DNA of 63,912 nt, counting the filler, from Calcarisporiella thermophila CBS 279.70 (taxonomy: Eukaryota; Fungi; Calcarisporiellomycota), in NCBI RefSeq assembly GCF_041956535.1. It is 8 parts of 5 records of this genome, joined end to end, with 100 filler letters (N's around TTAATTAATTAA, not from the genome) between each part and the next. Parts side by side here need not be neighbours in the genome. Positions count along the whole stretch, not along the records: positions 23,401 to 46,989 come from NW_027192200.1; 7 more parts are not named here. One strand, given 5' to 3'. The position numbers and the translations under genes are program-made. Shown here piece by piece: positions 27,489-41,233 of this stretch; position 1 is the first letter of the stretch, and each line of letters opens with the position of its first letter. The notes under the pieces were generated by a model. It had not been told where the DNA came from. It saw only the letters and a program-made list of their open reading frames with translations, and made no database searches.

Positions 27489-29851
27489 ATGGTGCTCACG
27501 CGCTCCAAATACGTGCGCCAATCATCGCTCTCGCACACTGAGGATCTCTCTCATGACATCTCCGGCACATTCATTGAGCAGGCGACGGCATCTCGCACGC
27601 CTAGACAGTCCCTAAGAAAGCATTCTGATTTCCGTCCCAATCTGGTGGAGGAGAATGAGTATATTGGTAAATTTTAATATGCAAACCTGTGCTAATCCCC
27701 ATGGCCAATTTCCATTGATTAATACGGCTGTGATTCCTACTTAGATCTGTGCGAGGATAGCCCCGCTGCAAATAAAGAATATCGAGATACAGAACATAGT
27801 CCCGAGCTTGGCGACTACACGCCTGCACCCTCTTCGGTCACCCTTGCTGAGGAGAGTGGTCCCAAAGAATCAACCACACCTATCCACGACGACGAGACAT
27901 CCCATGACGCTTCGAACCGTTCCGCCATCCCTATTAATCTTGTTGCCACGTTTGATAACGATCCCGTTTCGGAAGCCCCCATGAATTTGGTAGCTGCCTT
28001 TAGCGAGGCCGAGCCAAAAGCAAAGGTGTCAATGGCTTCAACCGGGAGTCGAGGCCAGGACATACCACTTACCATTCCAAAAGAATTCAATTTTGCTACC
28101 CATTCACGAGCACGCAGAAGCGGGGAAAACATATTAGAAAAGCGCTCCACCGGACGAGTGAAGAAGAGAAAGAAGAAGAAGACGGGGGCTCCCAAACGAG
28201 ACACCGGCGTCCCTACTGCCTCGGTCAACGAACTCACCGTACCGAAACCTTTTGCCTTTCATGTGGATAGCCGCGCTGCCCTTAGGGATAAATCAGCCGA
28301 GCTCGAGGCCTCTGCAAAGGAAAACAGCCCATTCGTGCCGATGGCAGTGCGTATTCAACAATTTGAAGAAGGAGAACAAAATCCATCCCGCGCCAATCCC
28401 CCTAAAAAGGTAAGTTTTTAGGGTAATAGACCTTACTTGCATGAAAAGAATGGAAAGCCTTCCATCGGCCTTCAGCCTTTTTTCCTACCTGGCTATCAAT
28501 TTATCTTCTACTTTTATTGAATCTTTCCTTAGTTTTTTTTTTTCTATTATTTTATGTCCATGGGTTGATTGACCTTTTCTCTTTATTGCAACTAGTCGTC
28601 CGAGAAGCAGGAGCTCAAATTGACCCACCCTCAATCACCACGCTTAACCACGAAGTTGCAGGCTAAAACTAGGTATATTTTTTTGGCTAAGTTGGGGGAA
28701 GTGAACTTCTGCTCATGACTTTTTTGATAAAACCATGAAGCGACACGATGATAAAGGACGCGCAGAGGCCAATACTGAGAGTGTTAAAAGAGGTCAAAAC
28801 CAACCAAATCACCCATCCGAAGTCTCCCCAGCTCTTAACCAAGCTAAGAAAAAAGCCACAAAGGTAAAGTCCATCTTGCGAAGGCTCCCTTTGTTTTGTA
28901 TACTCGAAAGCTTATCTGTCGGCATTTCTTGATGATAGCATGTTGAAAGACACCAGTGCAAGGTCAAAACGTTTCACAAACAAGACGCTCAACAAAAGGC
29001 TATTTGGAACTGCCGCTGTAGGCACCCGCCCGCAGATGACCTTTCAAACCATTCCCCGCTCTCCTGCCATTACTAAGTCTAAACCACGTCAGATTCCCTC
29101 TCCCCCGCCACGCCCCGTTTTCCATGCAAACCCCATGCCCAAATTTCACCCACCTGCCCCCGTCCGCAATGAGCCAAAAGCGACCGTGGTAGAACCCTTC
29201 CGGTTTGTAGGCGAGGCAATTAGTGCGCGCCAACGCCAGGAGATACAGGAGAAAATTCGGAGAGAAGCCGAGGAGGCGGAGGCAAGGAGAAGGTTCAAGG
29301 CGAACCCGATGCCTAATTTTGTAGCGCCTCAGGTAGGAAAGAGAAGCTTATATTCCTGGTGCTCGCTTGTACTAACTTGCTTTTCTCCACAGAAAGCACC
29401 TCCACCCGTTCAGTTCCCTATCACCGAACCCACCCCATTTAACCTTCTCACCGATCTGCGGGGAGAGCGCTACCAAAAGAGATTCCAGGAGCGATTGGCC
29501 CTCTGGAAGCACCGCGAGCGCGAACAGATGCGCTTCCACGCAAGGCCCATACCAGTGTCCCATGATTGCCCCTTTATTCCAAAGGTGTCGGACGCCCCCC
29601 TAACTGAGGCCAACCCGATCCACTTGCATCTGGAGGACCGAATGCAGAACCGGAGAGCTTTCGACGCCGAAATAAGGCGGCGAGAGGAGGAGGCGGAGCG
29701 AGAACGGGAGAGAAAGAGAAAGGAGGATGAAGAACGGGAAAAGGAGGAAATCAAGCGGCTTCGACGGAAGCTGGTGCACAAGGCCCAGCCCATTCGGTAC
29801 TGGCGACGGGATGAGCATCACAACGAAGCGCGGGCCGACGTGGGCGTGTGA
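27489..29851 (+). CDS. TPX2: TPX2-family microtubule-associated spindle protein, multi-exon
   Basis: Repeated T.P.PF.F/L and FHANPMP/FKANPMP/FHARP motifs. C-terminal TPX2 signature EREKEEIKRLRRKLVHKAQPI. Confidence 0.85.
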
Positions 29852-31960
29852 AAATGCAAGTATATACACATATCTATATTTTTCTTTTTAGGCGTTCAAG
29901 TTACGAACGAGAACCCTTCCGGGTTGTTCCATTGCTCCTGCTTTTTATTTTTTTATAATATGCTGTTACTATATCTTTGCGTCTCTTTTTTATTTCGTGA
30001 CTGTATTCACTCTTCTATATATCTCTTTTTATTGTGTGTTTGTTTTCTATTAAATAATTAGGATGATGCTATTTTTTTATGTGTTGATATGAATGATGAT
30101 CCTATAGCTGGTGTGAGTTGAACACCCCAACCCGATGTACGGAATAATTCAGGTTACACCCCCTATAACCCTTAGTTAGACTTGTTTGTCATTCCTATCC
30201 ACCTGAATATATATTAAAAACAAGCGCTCTCATCTCGCATTCTGCAAACCATCCAAAAACTCCGTTAAAAAGGCCCTCATGTGCCTGCATCCGGCCAAGG
30301 TAGGACCGGAAATCCTTCCAAATGGATCGATGCAAACCACCGCCCGATACATGCAGACAAGCTGCAGGTATGAAGCGGGGTGGAGGGTATTAAGCCGAGG
30401 TGACAAAAGCACCCGTCAAGCTCTTTCCTTCCCCCATTCGGTTGAAGATATTCTCCTCGTAGTAGGAGATATATGATTCGGGAATTTGTGGTAGAGTGGC
30501 TAGAGGAAACGGTTGTGCTTGATGTTATTTCTTTATTTGGAAGCTATTCTCAAGGAAAATTTCCCTGGAATATCTGATTGCGCCTCTGAAACCTCGGAAA
30601 ATTCGGGTGTTGGCTATGAAAAGGATTTGGATTCAAATGTCTGCACGTGACTCTGAGCTTGGAAGCTTCGCAGTTACAGCTAAGGACTCCTTGCTGTATA
30701 CGATATTAAAAGGGTCCTCAACGTAGAGGTCAAAGTGAGTCATTATTTTTCTCCTATACTTCATAGCTCATCAGCTGTTGTCCTACTAGGAGAGCTCTGT
30801 GTTGATCACGCTTAACGCTTGGCAGAGACTTCAAACCTCGATTGTATTTTTAAACGCGCAATGAAAGGGGGAGGGGGGGGAGAACGCGGCGGATCCTGTG
30901 AGACCACGGTCCCAACCTATCTTGTTCCATATTGCTCTCTCCCTTCATCCACTATTATTTGTGCCGGAGACGACAGCGAGATGAAGATTAAGAGGGTTGT
31001 AGGGCGGTAAGGATTTGGTTTTGGTGCCAAAAAACTAAGTTTAATGGAACCATGTATCCTCTACTTTAACCAAATCCCTCTATGCTTTCTTGCTTTCTTC
31101 TGGATTTGTTGCTGGAGTAACAGGAGCCAAATAGCCTGTTGCATAGCATTGCCACGATAAACTCTCCAATTTACCAATAGACTTACGGCGCGATCAATTG
31201 TCATACCCTTGCGCTGTATTAAAGCCGTATATCGGTGACGAGGGAAGGGTCTTCAGTGGATGGTATCATGGAACCGATATTGATTAGAGATAGAATTCGA
31301 TGATAGATTAGCTAGTGCTCGATCACCGGAACCAGCCCCTTTCCATAGAGTTCCCCCTGACACAGTGGATACGTGCAGAGTCTCGCCAGAGGTTCCGCGG
31401 CTCGCCACAGCCTCTCTTGTCCTCCAAGCAAGTAAAACCTAGGCTCGCTACCAAGCACTAATCGCGGCCGCCGAGGATCTCAAGAATTGCCGCGCACGGC
31501 CGTATGGGCCGGACGCGCACCTTTTATATGGAGGGCGGCTGGCGGATGCGCACGGTGGTTGGCGGCCTCTCGCGAGTGGGGGTGGGACAGGATTGTTTTC
31601 AAGACATTTCTAGAATATTAATTTGGAGAAGCTCATCAAGGCTCATTAACGGCTTGTCAAATAAAAATCCAGTATGTCGGAGACTTAATTGCAATGGGCG
31701 CGATTGGCCCCTCGACATTTTCAAAGTCAACTGAGCGAAACAGGATATATTTTGCTTTCGCTTCTTGCACAAAACCCGCACCGCTCTATAAAAACCACCG
31801 AGTTTCTGTTTTGGTCGCTAGCCCGTTTCTTTTTCTGTTTCTCGCTTTGCTTGCCCTCTCCGCTCTCTTCGCCCCATACTGCGCGTCTTCGTTGTAGCTT
31901 GACAATCCCGCTGAATTCGGCATCCACCCATCCAAACCACACCCTCGGAATCACAGAACA

Positions 31961-32485
31961 ATGCGCGCGTCTCTAGTCGTTCTTCTCGTTACCTTGCTGG
32001 TCGCAAGTCTGGTCCACGCCCAGACCTCGGCCGCGACCAGCAGCGGTGCCCCTGCGGCCAGCTCATCCGCAAGTGCCACATCCGCCGCCGCCTCTCCCAC
32101 CCCCTCCGATACTCCCGCCGCCGCCTGCGCTAAGCAGAACAACTGTGGCCAGGATGTAGCGTGCCTTGCCCGCTGCAACAATGTCCCGAACCCAACCGTG
32201 GAAGACATCAACCGCACCACCGAGTGCGTGCGCGGATGCATGAACATGACGGGCGAGGCCGCAGTCCGATGCCAAAACGACTGCGTGAGCAGGAACTACA
32301 TGACCTATGGAACCTTGTATGCAACCCAATCCGTCATCACCACTGGCGTCAATGGAACAATGACGGTGCCCTCGAGGTCCGGCACGGCCGCGGCCGGCAC
32401 CGGAAAAGCTAGCGCTGCCAGCGTTTTGGAGAGAAGCGGATGGGCGCTCAGCATCGTGATAGTATATGCCTTTATGGCCCTATAG
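31961..32485 (+). CDS. Predicted GPI-anchored Ser/Thr/Ala-rich cell-surface protein with an 8-Cys domain
   Basis: Signal peptide, S/T/A linker, CAKQNNC..CLARC..VPNP..ECVRGC..RCQNDC domain, and a hydrophobic C-terminal tail after small residues. Confidence 0.82.
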   Translation: MRASLVVLLVTLLVASLVHAQTSAATSSGAPAASSSASATSAAASPTPSDTPAAACAKQNNCGQDVACLARCNNVPNPTVEDINRTTECVRGCMNMTGEAAVRCQNDCVSRNYMTYGTLYATQSVITTGVNGTMTVPSRSGTAAAGTGKASAASVLERSGWALSIVIVYAFMAL

Positions 32486-34105
32486 TGGATTTCTCGCCCG
32501 ATCCCCTCTCTTTTGTTTGAGGGGGGAGAAGGGAGAGAGAGAATATAATTTTACCTCGGTACAAAATATTTGATTGTATGTTCTCAATTTTTTTTAGTAT
32601 ACATTCATTCTTTTTATTCGTGCATTTTTTTTTACCATTAGTCTCGTCTTAGTATAGAAAACAAATATATATCATTGCATTTTACTCTTCATACTGGAAG
32701 TTTCTCGTGATAAACATCACCTCCCTGAGCAGCTCTAGAGTTTTTATTTTGAGTTATACATTCCGGGTTATTCGATGATTTGCTTTTTAATTTTACAAAC
32801 AAAACACAAATCCATAGCAAAACCGGAAAGCCAGAAAACTCAACCATTACCTTTCCAGAAGAGTACAAACCTGGATTCCACTGTGCCCCACGTCTTTATA
32901 GAAGTATGCTAGTTCCATTCGATTCGAAGTCTCTAAATTTGTACCGCCTATTGGCTATTGGGCCGGCCAGCTGAATCACCGGTAATTTACTCTGCCAAAT
33001 TGGAATACGCCTCCGATCATGGTAACTACAATTAATTAGTTTGTTCAAACTTCAATAAATGCATCAAGCTCATCACCACTGCCGTTGAATGCATTCCTAA
33101 ATGAATCGAAGTCCTCAATGTTGTGGCACGCTTCTCCGCCAAGCTGCCAGGAAGCTTGCAGGTGATTTATAGGACAAAGTGTTTACCAGGATCCGCTCCT
33201 GATCCCCCCCCGCGAGAAATCACAAACACAACATGATATCTGCGCGACTTTGAGCGTCCAAATGAAAGCATCAACCTGATTTGGAAGCATATCAGGACAG
33301 GCGCCTCTATTATTCAGATGATGCTCACAACCTCGACTAGCACAGAGAAAGCCTGACTCTGTGGTCGCTGTTGAGCGCTGTAGCTTTCACTTTTTAAGGT
33401 TTAGAGAGACTGTTTTCAATCTCTGTCTAAATGAGAATGAAAAGCTGCGAATGCTTCCTCGCCTTCAACACCTAGCTATCTGGCCAAGGCTACTTGTTTT
33501 CCGCAAAATGATGAAGAGACTACAAAAGCCAGGCAGAAGTTGTGTTCCATGGGAGATGATGACCGGTGTATGTTTGACGTTTCGTTTCATATGCTTGAAG
33601 TAACCGCTTACTTTCAATTTGTCCCTTCTTTCTATCTATAGCCGATTAATTGTGGAATTGACAGGAAGACACCCCAACATGAACACCACTGAATTGTTTT
33701 CGACTATTCTTAGGAAACAGATGAGCATATATTGTAGTGGTATTCTGATTATGAATTGTTGCGGGTTGAGCGAGAAGAAAAACTTAATGTAATTCGTTTT
33801 TGATGGACAAGTGTCATGGCCTCAATTACAACAACACACTCTGGCTCTTTGCTAAAGTTAACTTAGTCTAAGGTATATTTTTACCTTTCATTGAGTGATG
33901 GCTAACTGTGGTCCACTTGTGAATGGGATCTTAGAAAAAAATCCAGAGAGTATCCTTTGCCTACCAGTACTTTATACATCCTCTTTGTAGTTGACATATA
34001 TATTGCACGTCTTCGCACTTTAAATCATGCAGAAATGAGTAGTATACTGCTAGCTATCGTGGTCATGTTGATTAATTTTAATGATTAGGTCTCGTAGCCA
34101 GGTCG

Positions 34106-34680
34106 TTTTTTTTTTTTTNNNNNNNNNNNNNNNNNNNNNNNNNNNNNNNNNNNNNNNNNNNNNNNNNNNNNNNNNNNNNNNNNNNNNNNNNNNNNNNNNN
34201 NNNNNNNNNNNNNNNNNNNNNNNNNNNNNNNNNNNNNNNNNNNNNNNNNNNNNNNNNNNNNNNNNNNNNNNNNNNNNNNNNNNNNNNNNNNNNNNNNNNN
34301 NNNNNNNNNNNNNNNNNNNNNNNNNNNNNNNNNNNNNNNNNNNNNNNNNNNNNNNNNNNNNNNNNNNNNNNNNNNNNNNNNNNNNNNNNNNNNNNNNNNN
34401 NNNNNNNNNNNNNNNNNNNNNNNNNNNNNNNNNNNNNNNNNNNNNNNNNNNNNNNNNNNNNNNNNNNNNNNNNNNNNNNNNNNNNNNNNNNNNNNNNNNN
34501 NNNNNNNNNNNNNNNNNNNNNNNNNNNNNNNNNNNNNNNNNNNNNNNNNNNNNNNNNNNNNNNNNNNNNNNNNNNNNNNNNNNNNNNNNNNNNNNNNNNN
34601 NNNNNNNNNNNNNNNNNNNNNNNNNNNNNNNNNNNTTTCGATTATGGCACCTGAAGTGGACCACTGCACCACCTCTCCCC
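34106..34680 (-). mobile_element. tRNA-derived SINE (related subfamily); interior in N gap; 13-bp TSD
   Basis: TCTCGTAGCCAGG occurs at 34090-34102 and 34681-34693. Poly(T) at 34106-34118. Minus-strand head GGGGAGAGGTGGTGCAGTGGTCC..GGTGCC resembles the 48895 SINE head. Confidence 0.75.
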
Positions 34681-34766
34681 TCTCGTAGCCAGGCGTCAGC
34701 GCTAAAAATTCCACTTATGTGGCTATACAATTTTCCTTTTTTGAAAAACAAAATCAGTAAGGTTTG

Positions 34767-34838
34767 GCCGTTGTAGTATAATGGTTAGTACATCACGTTG
34801 TGGCCGTGATGATCCCGGTTCGATTCCGGGCAACGGCA
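34767..34838 (+). tRNA. tRNA-His(GTG)
   Basis: GCCGTTG/CAACGGC acceptor stem, anticodon arm TCACG-TTGTGGC-CGTGA, GGTTCGATTCC. Confidence 0.95.
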
Positions 34839-35189
34839 TCGGTTGAATTTTTAGTTTTTTAGACGGATTCTATTGAATTCCATGTTTTCTCGTGTTTTGT
34901 ATGGGAAATCTTTGGCAGCATTAATTTTGTTTTCCTTCTCTTTAATGCACCGAGAGTGTTTTGGGTGGAGGAATTATTTGTGTTTAACAGGAGAGTACCA
35001 AAAACCATTCAAATTACACCTGCTTAGATTCTATGGGAGTTGGTTCGTAGTAATCGTAGTAGCCGTAGTAATAGTAGTCATAAAAGAATACATGTAATAT
35101 TTTGCCCAACAAGGAAATAAAGAAGTCTATAAAATCAATTAGAATTAGGGGGGAGGGGAGGGGATGAGTGGAAAACCTTGGCGTTTCAA

Positions 35190-37584
35190 TTATTCATCGT
35201 GAATGTTAAACCACTTGACAAGGTCATTAATGTGCTCGATCGAGTATTGGCCTTTGAGGACCTTGCGAGCCTCAGGGACCTTGTTAAAGACGTTCCACAT
35301 CAACACGCCCACTACAATTCAGGAGGTAGAGGTTAATGGAATGCTCACGGAACCGTCACTGCATCACTTAAAAGAGCAACTTACCAATCTTGTTGTCCCG
35401 GAGATAGAAGACCACGCCCTTTCCATAGCTCTCATTGTTCACTGGCGCAGTGGATCCCTCCGATTGGAGGTTTTTGGCCGTTTCCTGCTTCTGTGTGGCG
35501 GTCTCATCCGCCTCGGACTCTTTCATGGATTTGGGGTCCATCGTGCGGATATTGTCGGGCTGCTGGGTCGCTTCCTTGGGAGTATCGTGTGAGCCAGCTT
35601 TGGCCCATACGCTTACCGTCTTCAGGCTTGAATCGACCACTCCCACCGCTTCGTATCCAATGTGGGGGCCAAGGTCGGACCAGAACATCGACTGGTGCTT
35701 ATAGGCCCTGCTAGGTCCAACCATATTCTCGCCGGCTGCGCGTCCTGAGAGGACAGCATGGTCGTGATGCTCCACGCGACGGCGGCCGAGAGCAATGTCG
35801 TGGTACGAAGTCATATCCCCTGCGCAGTACACATTGGTGCGTGCCTCAAGCTCCGCATTCACAATCACGCCACCGCGAGTTTCGTCGATTTCAAGACCTG
35901 CTTTACGCGCCAACTCGGTAGCCGGATCGATACCGACCGCGACGATCACGTGGTCCGCAACGATCTCTTCTCCACTCGAGAGCGAAAGCTGAACCTTACC
36001 ATCGTTGGTCAGCTGAGCGGACGAAATGGTGTTCTGTCGCTTGATCTGCACTCCCTCTAACGCAAACAAGTATATCAGTATGTATTCACGCTACTTGAGC
36101 GAGTTAATTGATATACATACCGTTCTCTACCTTCGAGGTCGTCCATTTGATCAGGTAGCGCGGGAACACCATGGCCATATTGCCATCTTCGGGGAAAATC
36201 TGAGTCACTGAACCGTTCTCCTTTTTCATACGATGAGCAAGGGCAACGGCTAGCTCGGAGCCCAAGAATCCTCCACCAATCACCACGACGTGCTTGCCGT
36301 CTTTAGCAATCTTGTCCACTCTACGGAAGTCATCCACGCTGCGGTAGGTAGTGACGAGTGAGGTGGCGCCTTCGGCCACATTTTCCAGGACGGGAAGGCT
36401 GAGCAGGCAAAAAGGAACATTTCAATGTGTATGAACGGTCAGTTAATCACAGCAGCCTCTGATTTACCTCTTGGGTGTTCCACCCGTGGCTAGTAGTACT
36501 TTTCCATATCGAATTGTCTTTCCATTGGCAAGTCGAAGGATTTGTCCCTCCACGTCCAAATCGGTCACTGCAACCCCCCTAAGCAATCTCACCTTCTTAC
36601 TCTCTGCTGATACCTCCAGGGTCTCGGGATTGACATGATCATATTCATCGTCCGTTTGGTAAAGGGCGTTTCGCTCCGTTCCATTCCAGTCCTTAAATTT
36701 CAGGGTCTGGGCCACGTCTGGGTCTTCTGAGAACCAGAATTCCTTGGAAAGAGGAGGTCGCATATATGGCGAAATCGACTCAGAACCGATAATTAGGATG
36801 TCGGCGTGGGGGTCCTTCTCACGGATGGCCTGCATGGCGCTGAAAGATGCCGTTCCACCTCCGACCAGAACATATTGGTAACGATCCTTGATAGCTAATT
36901 TCGCAGGAGGTTTAGAGTCGACCACAAGGGGCGTTGTATCGTTTGCCTCAGGAGCAGTTTCCACTTCACTCTCTTGTGCACTCGAATTCTCAGAATTCGT
37001 TACCTCTTTGGCCTCCTCTTCGGAGGGTTCGGGGATGGATGCGTTTTCGGTTATTTCCTCGTGCTTCTCTTCTTCCTTGGTCTCCTCCTTCTCCTCTGCA
37101 ATATCATCCGTTTGGGCTTGCTCATTATTGCTGTCAACAGAGGGGGAAACGGCAGACTCCCTGTTTTTAACGGATTCATCTGTCTTGACTATATTTGGCT
37201 CAGCGTGGGTGTGTTCGTCCACATGAGTCTTGGAAGCTTTGTAGGAGTCGGGCGGGGCGGTAAGTTTGTAAAACAATGGGATGGAAACGACCAGTGAACC
37301 GATCTTAGTAATGACATGATCCATGGTAAATCAAGAGTCATTATTAACACACTAGAATTATATGATAAATAAGACAGTTGCCAAATTACCAGCCAAATTT
37401 TGTCGCTACTAGGCTTTCCCTGTCCACTCGCTGATGCATATTGACGAACTGTGGAGGGGGTTTGAAGGGCGGAGGACCGGAAAAAGGGAGTGGGAGATGC
37501 AAGCCTGTGCGATCTGTACAGAGAATTTTGAAGGAAAGACGGTTTGCGAATACTTTTGTTAAGATGACCGATAGGCGCGCTCAT
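35190..37584 (-). CDS. AIF: Mitochondrial apoptosis-inducing factor (AIFM1-type FAD/NADH oxidoreductase), multi-exon
   Basis: Basic N-terminal presequence, VGGGTAS, PYMRPPLSKE, IGGGFLGSELA, RRRVEHHDHAVLSGR, HQSMFWSDLGP and YGKGVVFYLR. Confidence 0.92.
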
Positions 37585-37825
37585 GGTATATAATAAAAAG
37601 ATAAAGCAACAATGGAATTGAGCAATGGGCTATACAGTTCTCGGGGAAGTTTATGTAAGCAAAAAAAAAATCTGATTCCGAGTTCAGCGATTGCTGTGCC
37701 ACAATCGTTTGGCTCGCTTACACGTAGACGGAAACCTTTTCTTCGCATCTTCATCATCCTCCTTGTCCTAGGATTAGGAATCTTCATCGCTTCGGTTTCA
37801 AGCTATAAAAAATCACTCATCAACA
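37585..37825. promoter_or_regulatory. Compact (241-bp) divergent intergenic region, probably a bidirectional promoter for AIF and delta-COP
   Basis: The ATGs at 37584 (-) and 37826 (+) face away from each other. TATAAAA at ~37804. Confidence 0.5.
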
Positions 37826-40053
37826 ATGGTATGTATTACATGTATATGGATTATGAAGCTTCTCATGAAATTTTCGGCAATTCTTTGAAATCCGCCATCA
37901 TTAACTCTCTGCTGATTTCGATCAGGTGGTCCTCGCAGCGTCCATCGTCAATAAGCAAGGGAAAGGTTAATAAACCAAAATTTTTGTCCCATCTGCAACC
38001 AATTTGCCTACGATTACGCGTTCCTATGATGGCTAATGCTTGACCTGCTGTCTATTGTTTCTTAGTTGTGCTCTCGCGTCAATTCCGAGAGATGCCGCGG
38101 GCCCGAATCGAAGGTCTCCTTTCCTCTTTTCCAAAACTGACAAGCACTGGACAACAGCACACCACGGTGGAAACCGAGCATATTCGTTATGTGTATCAAC
38201 CCTTGGAAGAATTATTCCTCGTTTTAATCACTAATCGCCAGGTATTAAGGTCATTTCATGCCTGAGATTAGCATTATATATAATTTAAGTATTTTTTGCA
38301 TCTAGTCCAATATCTTGCAAGACATTGATTCACTCCACTTATTTGGCCGCGTCATCACAGACATGTGCAGGACTACTGACGAGCTAGAAATCTTACGCAA
38401 TGCATTCGAAATCATTTCCTCATTCGATGAGATCGTATCCCTCGGCTATCGGGAGAATGTGAACATAGCACAGGTGAAGACCATCACTGAAATGGAGAGC
38501 CACGAGGAGAAGATACAAGAGATAATTGCCAGAGTAAGCCAGTTGGTTGCGCTGAAAAAACCAGTTTTATTGAATCCATTCTATCCGATTCCCCGTCTAT
38601 AGAATAAGGAGCAGGAAGCCAAGGAGGAGCTCAAGCGTCGTATGAGGCAACTGGAGATGCAAAGGCGAGAGGCACAGAAGCGTGGCGCGCCATACATGGG
38701 CGGGGGATCCTCATTTGGTGGTGCCGGGTTCGGTCAACCCTCGCGCTCCATATCCCCTTTTGTCGAACAGTCGTACCAGCAGAACTACGAGTCTGAGCGC
38801 TCTACCTTCAACTCGTAAGATGCTTTCTCATATTTCACTTAACTTTTTGGTTTAACCCTTCAAAACATTAGTTCACCTGCCCCCGCCACCGCCTCCAAGG
38901 CCAAAGGCATGCAACTCGGCCGTAAAAATAAGACAAGCGATTTGCTTGAGGCCATGAAATCTGAAGTTGGGGCAATCGAAGAGGCGACAGCCAATTTATC
39001 ATTGAGCCCCTCTGCGGCTGCAGCCGGCACGGCTGGATCTCCTTCCCCGGCTATACCTACTGAAAAGTTAGTATCTTTCGTGGAGAGATAGTGAAATCAT
39101 TTCTTAACATTTACAATTCCCTCTTGTAGCATTCATGTCTCTCTCGAGGAAAAGATTTCGATGATTGCCAACCGCGATGGCGGCTTGGAAAGCATGGAGG
39201 TGAAGGGCGATTTGGTGCTCAAGATAGTGGACCCTGAGAGCGCGCGCATCAAGCTGGTCATTAGTACTTCGGATGATTCGGACGTGCAATTCAAAACACA
39301 CCCCAACGTGGACAGAAGAGCATTCACGGACGAACGCGTCATCAGACTAAGAGATGTCAATCGGTCTTTCCCTGTTAATCAGTCACTTCCCGTTCTAAGA
39401 TGGCGATTCATTACCAAGGACGAAACCATGGTTCCTCTTTCCAGTGAGTATATTTCAACTTGATTTGTTTCCCTAGATGGCTGGTGGGTAACCCCTCGCC
39501 CCCTCTCTTTACTCTATAGTCAACTGCTGGCCCTCTTCCTCAGGGGACGGCACCTGCAATGTCAATATTGAGTATGAGTTAGAGGCAGACCATATGGAGC
39601 TTACAGACGTTATCATTTCCATTCCAATACCGTATGTAGAAACTGTTTGATCCTTTAAAAGACTCTCTGTTTTAATATTATGTATTTTCTAGGCCCGGCG
39701 TTTCTCCCACAGTAAGCAATGTAGATGGCAACTACGAAGTGAACCGACAACAGCGCACTCTTGAGTGGCAGCTCCCGATCATTGACGCGTCCAACAAGTC
39801 GGGGAGTCTCGAATTCACCGTACCTGGTGATGATATTGGCGTGTTTTTCCCGGTGACCGTGAACTTTGTGAGCGAGAAGACATTCTGCAACATTGATGTA
39901 AGTTGGTGTTTTTGGGTGTTTTTTTTGTACAGTGGAGGCTTACTTGGCCGATCCCCTGAATAGGTGCTTGATGTCGAGAGCGTGGACTCGAACTCTTCGG
40001 CTCAATATTCAAAGGAGGTTGTGCTGAGGGCCGATGAGTATTGCGTGGTTTAA
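37826..40053 (+). CDS. RET2: Coatomer delta subunit (delta-COP), multi-exon
   Basis: ATG-only first exon, then [65 protein letters not shown] and INCWPS-like (VNCWPS). Confidence 0.95.
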
Positions 40054-41233
40054 CCGCTATAGAGGAACATACAAAAAAGAATTTTTTTCCCGGAGTCTGT
40101 ATCAAATTATGTCATTTTTTCTTTTAGCTTTGTCTCTTTCTTGGGTTGAATATATGCTATGCATCGTCTCCTCTTAAACTCTTTCTTTTTTTTTTGTTTC
40201 TCTCTCAAAACACGTCTCTCGTGGCCTACATGGCTGGCGTTTAACCGATGCACTTTTACGTTTAAATACGCAGCCATTGAACATCGAGCAAGAATGAATT
40301 TTGGAGCATAGGGAGGGATGGTGAAAGGAAGCAAACAGAAGTGATACCAGCAAGTCAGGAATAAATACACAACGTGTGCGAATTCAAGCTAAACACAATA
40401 AAAATTACGAAGCCGCTTGCTATGTAGAGTAATATCGGCATCTCTTATATTTACCTTATTACAATGAATCTTCTATGGGACTGCTCTCTCAAAGAAGTGA
40501 ACGAAATATCTCAGCTGTAAATATTTTTCGAATTACAGGTATGCTAATAACTGCCTTATCGAATATTACTTTGTGCGAAGTGCGAAGACGACTTTCTGCC
40601 CTGAACACACATTTAACTTTATCCAACGCAGTATATATTAACGGGTAGATCAACCCAGTCTGGAATGGCCGACCCACGAGTACACAAGTTCATTTTCAAA
40701 AGCTACTAAAAGAGTGAGAATGTATATCGACGTGCTGTACACTACGGCCTCGCCGAAGTAAGCAAGTCGCAATACAGTTTACGTGTTTGCGAGGAAAGTT
40801 AAAGTCTCCGGGGGAATCAATGAAAACTCCGAATCGCAAACGTGGAAAGCTAAATTCAATCTAAGTTTAAAAGAATCGATAAACTTAGTTTGAAGCATTC
40901 TGGATTCTAGATACAGGCTTACTAAGGAAATCTAATTTTGCTCAAGAGAGAGACATGAATAAAGGTAATAGTTTCTGTAAACTTCGTCATACGGAGGAGA
41001 ATTAAATTTAAATTAAACGCGAGAAGAGAGGAGAAACTTAGTTCTTGAGAGGGAATAATGGTATGAAATCTACTGGAAAACAACTATGGCCATCTTGTAT
41101 TTCCCCCGTATACATTATACCAAATCCATTTACCGTCCTTATCAATATATGCGAAAAAAAGTACAAGCGAGAACAGCGCGTTTATTTTACATCAAAGTCG
41201 TTCTGGGTTATTATTCTCAATCGGAATTCGAAG

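Noticed and set aside
34766-34766. Genomic G at position -1 of tRNA-His
   Set aside because: A single base that could be chance. Eukaryotic G-1 is normally added by Thg1, and this cannot be assessed from one gene.
34050-34776. ORFs containing long X runs (also 52662-53177)
   Set aside because: Artefacts of translating through N gaps.
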